Source: a virus (taxonomy: Duplodnaviria > Heunggongvirae > Uroviricota > Caudoviricetes). Taken from it: a stretch of DNA of 64,000 nt. Made by a program: the position numbers and the translations under genes. How positions within the stretch are numbered: position 1 is the first letter of the stretch; every line of letters begins with the position of its first letter. The notes under the pieces are model-generated. The model did not search any database and was not told the DNA's origin. It worked only from the letters and a program-made list of their open reading frames with translations. The stretch spans positions 64,001 through 128,000 of the IMG/VR virus record IMGVR_UViG_2799112923_000002; one strand, 5' to 3'. This document shows positions 32,412 through 46,000 of this stretch, piece by piece.

Positions 32412-35400
32412 TTAACAGTCGTAATAAATTCCATTTTTCTTATGTTCAAACTCAGATTTAGATGTTACTGTAAGACTTTGTTTAAACGCTCTTTGTTGTG
32501 CTGATTGTTCCAGCTTAGGCATTAATGTATTATAATCGAATTCTCTAGCATAATTACCAAACATTGCTAATATTGCCGTAATATCACTATTTCCTATCTT
32601 TTCAAGTTTAATATCAGGATCAATATTAATTCCAAACATAGAATTAACAGCTGCTCTGATTTTTGCTTGTAAGGATGCATGTGAAAATCTATTTCCATTA
32701 GCAAACACACTAGAATCAATACCTTTCTTAAATGCTTCTGCTAATAAATCAACAAATACTTCCTCTTTAAAATCAGAATTATGAATATCTTTGAATCCAT
32801 GTATTTGTGCTAATTCTTTTAATTTATTTTCTGATAATTCTGAAATAGCAGCATTAATTAACTCATAATAAGAATTCTGTTGTTGAGCTGTACCAAATTT
32901 TAACATTGCACAAACAGCGTGCCCAAGTTCGTGTACTTTTGTAGAAGATTTGTAATTTTGAATATCAGTATTGATATAAATTTTACCACCATAAACAAAA
33001 CCATGAGCACTACATACACGTTTTAGCATATCTTGATTAGATAAATCAATTGGAGCCTTTTGAGGATCATTTTGTCACATTTCTAGGTCTTTATTATTAA
33101 TTTCAATAACAAAATCACCACGAATATTACAAGCGTCATCAATTGCATCCATTGTTTGATTTATGACCTCTCTATCATTTGGCCTTATACGTAATTCAAT
33201 ATTATCCGAAGTAAATCCCATTTCTTTTAAATCATCATCTGAATAAGAGTCATCAATTGAGAATGGCAATTCCATACAGAAATCAGAAGCATCTTTGCAT
33301 CGAACATTTAAAGGTTGTCCTTTAACATTTCCGAATAGATCTGTATATTGCATTCCATATAATCCATTATTTCCAGATAAAGCGGTTACACCTAAACGTC
33401 GTTCTATATTTTCTAATCCAAGCATTCGATATAATAAATCATTCTTTTTTACATCAATTCCAATTTGCTCTCCATCAACATCAATTGTAAAATGTTCTGG
33501 ATTCTCTAAACTTGATAATCTAGACAAACCTTTATCTAGTTTTGCTAATCATGTGTAAAAATCATTAATCTTTGCTTTATCATTATAAACATTCATTATT
33601 TCAAACACTCTTGTAAAACTATCGTGTCCAAATGAATCTTTATACGTATAAAGATTATAAAGATATATAACATCTCCAAGAGTTAACGAACCGTCTGAAA
33701 TACCTAATTTTTTTAAGAATTCTGTATTTTTTGCAATTTCGCCAAAACTTTTCATTACAGCGTTAAATTGATCCTTTGATACAGCTGATTCATCAATTCT
33801 CATCATGTCAATAGGCATACGTTTACGCATACTTAGTTGTTGATGTGTTCTGTTAATCTTTACCGAAGAATCAATCATTCTAACAAATAAGTTGTCTGGT
33901 ATTTCTTTCTTTAATTTTGGAAATACATAATGATCCATTAAATGTTTAAAGGTAGCTAATCCAGATATTGTTCCAAGATCTATTTCTAATCCTTTTACAG
34001 GTGTATAATAAGTATTGATAGATCCACGCTTTACAGGAAGATAAATTAATTGATTCTGTGGTAAAGTAATTTTTAAGTCAGCTTGTTTTAACCAATTTAA
34101 GATTAACGAATCTTTGACGCCATTATGCAATGCCTTAAATTCTTTTGCATTTAATCGTTTGGTATTATCACCATTTAAAATTGTTTTCGCTAATGCAAAA
34201 TCAAGTTTAAATTGTGCACTTCTACCTAAAAGTTTATTCGCAGTTCCATAAAATTTAAACATTTGTGCAAAATTTGGAACTCTAGAAATAATTGCCAATG
34301 GATTCAAACCTTTTTTGATAGCTTCATATTTTGCAATATGATGTTCTCTATAATCCTCATCCTCAATAAACTGAATTATGTCAAAATCAGCATTATCGCC
34401 ATAAGCCTTATTTATAAAGTTTTCAATTCTTAACAATTTATTATAGAAATCAAATTCGTTCGTAGGAATACCTTGATTGACACCAAGTTCCATACCAACA
34501 ATGTTTTGTTCTTCTGTAATAGGTAAAACATTCGCTACAACATTTGCAAATAAATTAAAACTATCTGAATTCTGTTCATATAAATTTGCTCTAGCTTTTA
34601 AAAATTTTCTAGTGTAACGTAACAATGTTCTATTATCTTCTTCAGAACCGGGATTTAATGTTTCAACAGGAATATCAATTGCATCCTCAAAATCATCAAA
34701 GTCTTGTTCTACATCAGAACTATAATCATCATAATCATCAAAATCTTCATACTCTTCGTTATAAGCTCTAGAATTAAATCTTATAAATAACTCATCGTAT
34801 GCTTTATTTGGAAGAAGTGATCTCAAATGAGAGTCAAATATATTAACAGCATCATTTGAAGTAAGCCAATATTTATAATCTTCTTTGTAAGTTTCACTAT
34901 CACTTAATTCTAACTTATCAATATATTTATCATCAACAATTGTTTTTGTAAGAATTCCGTTTATTGGTTTGAAAAAATAAATTGGTGTAGAACGTTTAAT
35001 TAAATCCTCTTTTTTATCAGAACTAGTAATTGGAACTTTCTTTCCGTTTTTAAATGTTAATAAATTACCGTTGTTATCTGTTTCATAACGAAGCTTATAG
35101 AAGAAACAATTATTTAATCCAGTAGAAGGGAAAGCACCAACTGCATATTTTAAAGCTTTTGCATTAATAGAAGGAAGATTTCCATCTAAAGCTATAAAAT
35201 TGATTATATTTTTAGAAGTAACTCCTCTATGAATCTTACTCATTCCAAACGCTTTGCTTAATTTTGCAACAGTGTTGAAATAAGGAGATTGCATAATAGC
35301 TTTTATTTCTTCAAAACTATGTCCAGTCATTAACAACATTCCTCAAATATCAGCAAATTCCGAAGTTGCATTGATTTTTGCAAGAATTAACTCTTTAGCA

Positions 35401-38400
35401 TTGTCTGTAGCAGCAGATAGTAACTCGGATATATTTTGAGCAGCATCTTGTGATTGACTGCGTTTAATTAATCCAAGATCTCTAGCATTATTTCCATTTA
35501 ATAAAGCATTTAAACTGATTTTTCCGTTTACTAAATATTTTGCTATAGCTGGACGTAACCTTTCTTGTTCCACTTTAGATATAGCATACGTAAAAGGAAT
35601 ATAAACATCTTTAATAAGTTTTCCAGTACTATCAAATTTAAGCAATCGTTTTAATGGATCTAAATTAAGATTTGCCATTGTATTAATTTCTGGATTACCA
35701 CTACTATAATCAACAAATAGCGTATTAGCTAAATGTTTAGCAAATTGTGTATCATCTCCATTTTGATATGCTTCAACAGCTGCATCTAATTCGTTATTCA
35801 TGTATGTACTTGCAGCAAAGAAAACTTTCATAGATACAGCAGTAATACCAATAACTGATTTACCAACCATATTTTGAACCTGCATCATAAATTTAACGTA
35901 TGGATTATCCATACTCATTCTCATTTCAACAGGATCTGGATCAACTAAAGCTTTTAAGTCATCAGTACTAATTGGATTATGACCATAAGTTTGAATCGTT
36001 CTTTTATCAAGTAAATTTAATATTCCAGCAAGTACTGAATTTTGTAACGCACCTGTTTTATCTGGAATTTTAATATCAGATTGATATGCTTCTATTTGAT
36101 TTTTAACTTTATAAATAGTGTTTATATCAGTAGAAACATCAAAAGTAAGTGTACGTGGAAGATCTTTTATACTATCGGTATCCCCATCAATTATATTTTG
36201 TATTTGCTCTTCTGTAATATTTGGTTCGTCACCTCTATTATACGTAAAATTAGAATTTTCTTTACCTTGTGTATGTTCGTTTAAAAGTCTCAAAAATTCT
36301 TGACGTTGTTCTGGAGTTACATCTTCTTCAAATCTAATAAATGTACTTCCAGATTCCATTATATCATTAAATATACGAAACGATTTAAAATTATTTGCAG
36401 CTATCACATCTGCTTTAGTAACAACAATTGATGTAGGATTATTAATTCCAAATAAATTTCTTGGACGTTTAATAAGCCCCTCAGATGTTTCAATAACATG
36501 ATTTGTTCTTGTAATTAGATCAATTAATTGATTATTACCAGCATCTCCATCAGAAATAAATTCAGAATTTGGTGGACAATATTCAATAAATGATTTAAAT
36601 AATTTCAAACCTTGCATTCTTCCAAGATTTTCTGAACGATCTGTTATTGTAAATATATTACCCTGTCTAACAAAAGTAACACTTTCATTAGTAAGTCTAT
36701 CATATATTATATATTGAGACTCATCGTTTCAAATTCGTTTCATTAATGACAACGAATCCGTTAAATCGTATGTACCTGGTTCAATTGTATCAATATTGGT
36801 AAAGCCCTCTGTATAGAATTTGCCATTTGGACTATTTAATTCTAAAATAGGACGCATTGATTTTAAATCAGATTCGTTTATTAGTTTTGAAAATTGAGAT
36901 AATGTTCCATCTTTAGCTAACTTATAGCTCATGATATATAATTTGTCAATATCATAATCAGAACCTTGTAATCAAGTTTGAACTTTTGGAACATAAACTT
37001 CATTTTTAAGACTATCTGAAAATCCGACTAATTTCAATCTTTGGAAAGATTGCATGGATTGTGTAGGAATACGAGCACCAACATAATTAAGCTGTTCTTC
37101 AAATGCAAGATATTGTTTATGAGCAAGTTTTTTAACTTTCTTATTATTTTCATTTCGAACATAAGAATTGATTGCAGCTAAAATTTGATCCTGTTGTTCT
37201 TGAGAAAGATTTCCAAAATTATCAATCAAATCTTGTGTTAACTGAATATTATTTCGTCTATCTAAACGTAATGTTATATTTACATTATTTCCAAATAAAC
37301 GATTTGCAATTACATTAATGTTATTTGGAGTAACATTATAATGTACGAAATTAATTCCCTCACCAGAAAGCAATATACTAGCTTCATCTTCAGAATCAAC
37401 TATTATAAATGGACATACTTGCTTTTTATCATTTTGAATAGAAACAACTTTACAATTATTAGAAATTTTATCACAAATTTGATCTTCACGATTATACCAT
37501 AAACCAGTATCTGTATGAGTAAATGATTTATTTTCTGTATGATAAGGAGATAGATCTTTTTTACTATGTTTATCTCTTACAGCTACATATATTGTATGAC
37601 CTGTATTAGTTGTAACAACATAATCATAAACATTTTTAGCAGTAGTTATTGTTTGTTTATCAATTAATTTGTTATAGAAAAAATCATCCCCTTGCTCTTG
37701 AATAGTATTTATATCATCACCTTCTTCTAAACCTAACTCTACTGCATGTAAACGGCCCATAATCATTTCAGCATGTCTCGTGTTAACATTTGTTACAGTA
37801 CAAGTTTTAGTTTTTAAATCTTCAAAATCATTATCACTTAGTAAAGTTCTAATCATTGAAGTTTGTATACCAATCTGATGTGTTGTATCAAGTGCCGCAA
37901 GATCTGATTTTACTTGTAAATTTAAAAGTCTTTGCCATTGATTTAAATCAAAAGGAATTGTTTTTCCATCCCATTCTATACCAGCTCGATATAATGCAAG
38001 TTTTAATGTTTGAATTTTAAATGGATCAGTAATAGTGTAATTGCGAGAAAGTTTTCTCATCTCTTTTACATTTCTTAAATAATGCAATGCTCTCACACTA
38101 TCCAGATCATACATAGAGTAACTTGTAGAATTATCAACGTCTCCATTTGATTTTATTCTTTGGAAAGTAACATCAAGTTGTCTTAAGTTTTTAGGTTTTA
38201 CTGTTCAATTTGAAATTCTGGTGTTTTTTGGAAGTAAATTTCTAACTCTGTCAAAATCATCATAGTTATCAATTTTCACTACTTCTCTTACAGGTTTTCC
38301 ATTATCAAGAAGAGTGTTTCCATTTTCATCTAACGTTTCTATAACAACAGTATCTTCCATATCAGGTTTTATACCTGGGTTATACTCCTGTATAGCACCG

Positions 38401-41400
38401 TATGCCATTGCATAATCAACATCAGATAAAAGTTTTTCAAAATGTTGTTTATTTAACTGAATAGAATCTTCTGGTGATTCATATGGATCGGATGTTCTTG
38501 GATAAAGTTTTGATATTTCTGAAGCTGCTTCATCAAACATCATAGTTTTACCGTTAATTCTGAAAGTTTGAATCATATTATGAGATGGAACAAGAACAGA
38601 CGCAATACCAGAATATTTTCTACGAATACCCTTTTTATTAATAGAAGATACAACATCAGAAATAAATGTTGCATTAATAGTAGGTCCAGAAAAAGGAATT
38701 TCATATTTAATATTTTCATCTTTTAAAGCTTTTGCAGCTTTAATTAAGAATGATTGTGCTAAACCAGTAGTGTTTCTGTTTCCTGTTTCAAATGCAGACA
38801 TTAAGCTTTCTCCAAGAAGTTTATAAACTGTATTTTCATCGTTTTTAGATAAAGCGTTTAACGTTAAACGCATTGATTGTGCAGCAACTTTTCCAATCTC
38901 CTTATAAATTTGATTTACGAGTTTTGTAAAGTGTCCTCCTTGAATTAATGCAGAAATCATTTGTGACATTTCACTAACTTCCGCAAATTCCAATTCATGA
39001 TCTGGATCCATTTGCTTACCAAGATTAATAGTGGAGCAAGTTGAGGTCAAAACGTTGTTATAAAAATCAATTCTACCATCACTTGTTCTAGCAAATGAAT
39101 TGTTAAATAGATCAGATCCATTTACGTTTCTGTTACCATCTTTTGTAGCACTATCGTTTATAATATAAGCAACCAATTTATCCTTCAAATGTTCACCACA
39201 TACAACTTCTGCAAGTGTACTAACATTTCCATCGTAGTATTCAAGTTTACCATCATTGTTTCTCATTGAATATGCACCACCTAAAATTTGATCAATGTCA
39301 TAAAGAGTTCTAATATCTTTTGATACACGCTGTGCATTTCCAATAATTTTTCCAGTATTATCTACTTCTGTTAAAGAATACGTACATTCTGTAATTGTAA
39401 TTACATTTCCGTTTTCATCTAAAATTTGTTTAGGAGAAGTAGAAATATTGTGAACAAGATAATTCTTTTTAGAGAAAGGATCACGTTTATAAATCTTTTC
39501 AGAAGAAGAATTTATATTTCTGCCATAAGAATAATAATTTTCTAATTTAATATATTGATTTAATGGAATAGAAGACATTATTTCATAAGCATGTTCAACT
39601 GAAGCATCAGACATGTAACCCATTCTTCTACGATGATTAGTCAATCCAAATTCAGCTCATTTAAATAGAGTTGGTAATCCAAATTTTGCACTTAAGTCTC
39701 CACAAATAGTTTTATTATCATATGTTACTTTTCCACTTAAAGAGGATCATCCACATAACATTGCAAATACAGGATGTACAAAAGCAGCGCCGTCCATTGA
39801 TTTAAGTTTACTGTCTTGTTCTCCAACCATATTTCATACGGTTCCAGGAATATCATCCACAGCAATATATGTAAATTCAGTACCAATGCCTCTTTCCTGT
39901 GGTGTATATAATTCAATTGAAGCGCCATTAATAACTGTACGTTTATAAGAAGCGGCTAATCTCTTTGCAGCATCATGTACATAGTAATCATTCGATAAAA
40001 CAAGTTCGGATTTTTCAACAGTATTTCCAGATTCATCTATTAATGAATTTCCACGTTTAGTAACAGTTCTTTCGTCAATAGTCTTGTATTTACCATTAAC
40101 TTGTTCAAAATCTCCATTTTCAAAAGTTGGACTATATTTACTATCATGCATTCAATAAAAACCAGTTGTCATTTTATTAAATTCTGTAGATAATAATACG
40201 TCTGCAAGAAAATATGCTTGTAAAAATGGATTAGCTTTGCCATCTTGTTTTAATAATAAATCACCAGTTTTTGTATCAACTCAATTTTTACCAGATTCCG
40301 GCAATTTGCTCATTAATTGTGCAACATTAGCATCATCGAATACATTTAATTCAAAACCACCATTTGTTAAATCGTCAATGAAATAGTTTAATTGTTGATT
40401 CATTCTAGATTTGAACAATTTGTCGGATTCACCACAATATAAACGAAGTTCATCTAAAAATGAATTATTAAATCCGCCTTTTGTAGCAAAATGAACATTA
40501 TTTACTCATTCTATGCCGGTTTCTTTAAATAATTGTTTTATTTCAGATAGCTTATGTGTATTTACATATCTAGCAATATCTTCTATCGCTTCTAATGTAG
40601 TCATATCACCGTAACTCGTACCAAGTACAATTTCATAATCTCTAATAAGATTAGAGGCAATGTTTAAGTATTCACCTCTTCTACAATCATATAGAGTGTT
40701 TAAGATCATGCTTCTATAAGTACCATTAACATCTCCAGAAATAATTTCTTTTAATGCTGTTTCTAAAGTTACATCTTTGCTATTTTGTCGTCCAACAATT
40801 ATATCTTTTCCATATGGGATTACTCAGTGGGTGCCTTTATCAGAATTAGTTGTATTTTGAAAAAGAATTGAATTATTTTTGCTATCATATAAGCTCTCAT
40901 AAAAGTCGCACATTATTCCAAGATATGTTACTTCATTCTCTGAATAAGAAACTGCTTGTGTATTAGTTCCTGCTATTTGTGCGTCCCTTCTTACATAAGG
41001 TTCTCCAACTTTTAAATAATTAGAATAAACAAAATTAGAAGATAATGCATTTTTTACACCTTTTGTTTTTGCTTCTTTTCCAAGTTTATTACGAATTTTT
41101 TTATAACCATGAATTAAGGATGTAAGACTAAATGCAGGAATAGAATCTCCATTTAAATTTTGTAATGTAACTGTTGTATCGGCTCCATATGCAGCAGCAA
41201 ACATTTCTGCTAAATTTTGCATAGCATCGCCTCTAAATGCATTATGATTTGTATTTAAATATTCTACTCGATCTGCACCAATTTTATTAAATTGAAAACC
41301 TGTATTAGAACCACTTATTGCAAGGAATGTTGTACCTAATGCTTGTGAAAATAAATCAAGTAAATTATTATCAGAAGTATATTGTTGCCAACCATCTGGA

Positions 41401-43040
41401 ATCATTCCAAGTAATTGTTCAATCATTGGTTTTACTCATTGATTTAACCCGTCAACATCGATTGGTTCAAGAAATCTTTCTGAATTTTTACTCCCAATCG
41501 TAACTCCTTCATCTGTATTTGCTCAATAATCAACTTCTGGATAATAAAATTGTACATTAATATGATTATTTGTATCTAATGTCAATCTATATCTACCGTT
41601 AGGATAAATATCAGATACTCCTAATAAAACTTGTCGTCCTTTTATCCGAATGCCATAATTTTCACAAAGTTCTTTAAATCCTTCTGGATTTAAAATTTTA
41701 TTTTCTAATACAGCGTTACGAATTCGATCAAGAATTTTTATTTCCTGTAAACTAATAATATTTTGTTTACCTTCTTGTCCGTGAATAGAACCATCTTTTT
41801 CAAGATACATTAAATATTGCATAGAATCATTTGTTGCAAAATGCTTTCAAATCATTCTTAAAGTATCCTGATCCATTGCTGATTTTAAAACTTCAGATAT
41901 AGTAACGAGTTTATCTATATATTTAGTCTTATAAGGGATAAAATTATTTTCTGATTTAATATGATTAAAAATAAATTCATCTAACTTTTTAGAAAGTGCG
42001 TCTGTATCTAATTCTCTTAAGATTTCTGTTTCACCTGTTGCTAAAAGTCAACTTTTAAATTTAGCCATTAATCCCATAAACGCTCCACTTCCAACAACAG
42101 TTTGATTTTTAACAAATAATTTATTACCTCTTTTTTCAAGTACAGGCATATTATCAAAAATTAATGAAATTATAGAACTGTTTACAATTGAAGCATTTTG
42201 AATTTCGTCTTTTCCTCAATGAGATGGTAAATTATTTGCTGGACCAATATATTGATACATATTTGGACTATAACTTGCAGATTTTTTATATGCATCTATA
42301 GTATCAATAAAGTCTATATCTTTTAAGAATACATCAAAATATTTAAGTGTGACATATGCATCATGTGCATCTTGTTTTTCTTCAGAATCGGTTGTATCAG
42401 AATCATATTTGTGTTCAAATAATGAAAGCGCATTTGTAATCATCTTTGTGAAAGAAGCATCATTTAAACCATAATCAGAATCAATTTCAAAATCTGTATA
42501 AGCTTTAATTTTTTTCAATAAATTTATTTTATAAGAATGTATATTCTTATTTAATAAATTATTTCGATTTGATTCATTTCCAATTAATGGTGATGTTATA
42601 TTTACAATGTTACTTGCATCATTAGTATTGTATTCAATGTGAAATATAGAACTATCAGCAATACTATTTCTAAAAGCTTTGTTGACTCTATCATAACCTC
42701 CAGGATCATTACTTCCAAATTCTAATTTTATATCATTTGTAGTTTTATCAATTTCTGCGTATGGATTATCATTATTGTCATTGAATTCAGAAAGTAACTC
42801 AGATTCCAATTTCCTTCATTGAACAAAAAAGGTTCGTTTATTGAATTTTAAATATTCTTCTAATTTTATTCCAACGGCAGCTTCAAATCTATTTATAAAA
42901 TCATTGACTCTGGCTTTAATCTCAGATGCCGTATTTTCAGATAATTCGCTTAAGACATCTTGCCAATTAGAGCCGCTACGAAAAGAATCCGTAATGGCTC
43001 TAATGGCGTCAGACGTCGATTTAACATTTATACATGCCAT
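32412..43040 (-). CDS. Virion-associated two-barrel RNA polymerase with C-terminal zincin-like domain, 3542 aa
   Basis: Catalytic GARIPTQ...QGSDYDIDK (36942-36965), MDGAAFVHP, SAATDNAKEL, HELGH (about 32918-32932). Single frame with TGA=Trp. Confidence 0.92.
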
Positions 43041-46000
43041 TCGCAATTAATTTTGTTATGTTTTAAATCGTCTATTGTTTGTTGTAATACTCTTATCATA
43101 TTAGCAATTTCCTGAAATTGATTATATAAATCATCAGAAATGATAGCCATGCTTTCATCAGAATCTAAAAATCTAAGCATTTCATCCAATGCACTTTTGT
43201 CTAAAGGATTATTAAATAATCTAACAAATAACGAATTAACTAATTTATTATTTATAAGATTTCCTAAACCTTCACCTCATCCAAAAATAGCTTGTTTTAC
43301 TTCATTGTACGGTAAACCAACGGTAGTTTTTCCATTAAAATGATACACTCCGACTGGTACATCATTTCCGCTTATACTTTGAATACCATCAGAATAAGAT
43401 ATATCCCCATCAATTAAAATTTCAGTATTTAAAGTAATATTGTTTACTTGTGCAAAATTATTTATTAAATATTCTGCTTGATTTACAGATTTAATCTTAA
43501 ATTCATAAGGATTTATTACATCAATTTGGAATCAAATATTATTATTAATTAAATGATTATTTATCAATCCTATTGTATTCTCAATTGATTCGGATTTTAC
43601 ATCAATTAATTGTTCTATATTATTATTTAAAAGTCCTTGTTTTTTTAATAAAGATTTCAAATATAATTTAGAACCATTTTCTACAACTAATTGATTTGGA
43701 ATATTAGCGTTATTATTTAATACAAAAGTCTGTCCATCAGAAGTTGTAATGGTTTTATTATTTATGGAAGTTATTATAAATGTTCCATCACCACCATCAT
43801 AATCTGAATTATCGTATAATCATTTTCCATTAACAATCCAGCTTTTACCATAAAAATATGTAGTACCGTCTATTGTTTCAGCAAAACCTGTTTTATTTAT
43901 TTCATATCTTTCTTTCTCTCTAAAAGATTTAGTAGGCTTTATTTCAAGTTCTGTTTGATCTCCAGATAGATTATGTTTATCTATGATATCTTTTGGTAAA
44001 AATCTTTCATCTATTGCAGAGTAATTAACATTTGATCCATTTACAAATATAATATTATTTTCTGAATAATCCAAAGGTTTTCCAAGTTTTTTATACAAGG
44101 TGTAGAATTCACCAGTAGAGTTGTCTAAATAAACTTCGTTTCCAGCAACAATTACTTTTGGAACGTTTGTGGAAATACCATTATCAATTAAAAGATTTTG
44201 TGAAATTAAAATCGATTTTCCATCTTCAGACGAACATCTTACAAGATCACCTAGTATAAATAAAGGTTTTAATTCAGAAGTACCAGACATTAATTTTCCA
44301 TCATTAATTTTAAATGATATTCCATTTATATTAAAACCTGGAGAATTAACTGTACCACCACTTAATTCCTCTACAGAAGGATATTCTTTAATGTCATTCT
44401 TCTTTAATGTTCCAGTAAATGTTTGAGAACCAACACCAAATATAACTTTACCAGTTGTAAAATCAATAGATTTAATTCTAGCACTAGTTATTAATTTATT
44501 GTTTCGTGTAAAAGAACCTTCTTCAGTAAAAGTAGATAATCAACGATCATCTATTTCAGCATTTGGTTTTCAAATAGTTCCATTTTCTCATTTAGAAGAC
44601 TTACTTTCAAATTTAAAAGTAGTATTTTGTCCTTCTAATGTATTAATTCCAACATTATTCGGTAAATCAGCAGATCGTTCAGAGAATCTAGAAGGATCTA
44701 ATCCTCAAATAGATCCATCAATACGTTTTAAATTACTTTTTGTTAACTCACTTCTATAAGTTTTTGAGTCTGCCCATCCAGTAGCTTTTCTTGCTTTTTC
44801 AGAAACAGTATTAATTTTACGATTGTCATTTAAAGCAAATCCATCTCTAAATAAATCATATTCTTTTAATTTTGTTTCAATTTTTTCAAGAACTCCTTCT
44901 GCGTTAGGAATAGCATTATACAGTCCGGCAACCGTATTATAATCATCGTTTGTATTATAAAACACTTCTCCGTCTCTACTACATCTCTGTAAAAATTGCA
45001 TTTGAATATGCCCATTTCCAAAAGAATCTATTATCTCCTCTTCGGTTAAAGAATTATCAATTCTATTTAATATAGAAAATAAACTAATATCTTCAACTTT
45101 TTGTTGAGGTATTTGAATTACCTTTGCATTTTGAAAATCAGAAAAAGATCCATCATCTTGTAATTTTAATTGACTAATTCTTATATTATAAGAGGTTCCA
45201 TCTTTATCAAATTCTACAAAATAATGTTTGTATGTATATTTTCCACTTTGTTGTTTTGTCGCGATATTAAAATATAAACCATTATCATAAGTAATACCAG
45301 ATCGTTCAGCTTTATGACTTTTGAATGTAGATTTAAATAAATGTTCTGTAAAGTAATTAAATCAATCGTTACCTTCTTCTTTAGATAGATTGTATAATGC
45401 AGCTGCAGCCGTATTTAATAAATTATAAGCACCTTTTATAGTTAATAATCTATAATCATAATGTAATTTACGTTTATTAATGGCAATATTTTTTCTATTT
45501 TTTGCAATTTGGTTTGTTGCAGTTGATTCTAAATTAAATTCTCCTATGTAATTTGCAACAAAATTCATAGCAGATTGTTTATTGTTTTCTCCGATTAACT
45601 GACGTTGTATTTCAGTTAACCCCGATTCTCCAGATCATGGAATTTGTCCAGCTGTAAATCTTGCAATATTAGCAATATTATACAAAGTTGGTAAATCAAC
45701 GTATCTGTGAGGATTTATAGCAATCATTGGAATTTTTGCACCATTTATTATTGCAGTCATAACAGAATTTCTCTGACTCGCTCCTAATTTTTTACCATTA
45801 AGATCGTGTTCTAATCTTGAATCAATATCAAAACCAGATAAGACTTCTTTATCTTTACGTTTGATATTAAAAATTTGTTCAAAATCAGAATCTTCAAGAA
45901 TTTCACAATCTGTTACTAATACTTGTGCGTGTCCAGAATTATTATTAAATCAAGCTTTTGTTGATCCAGAAGTTGTATTCAATTCTGGAGGAACATCTGT

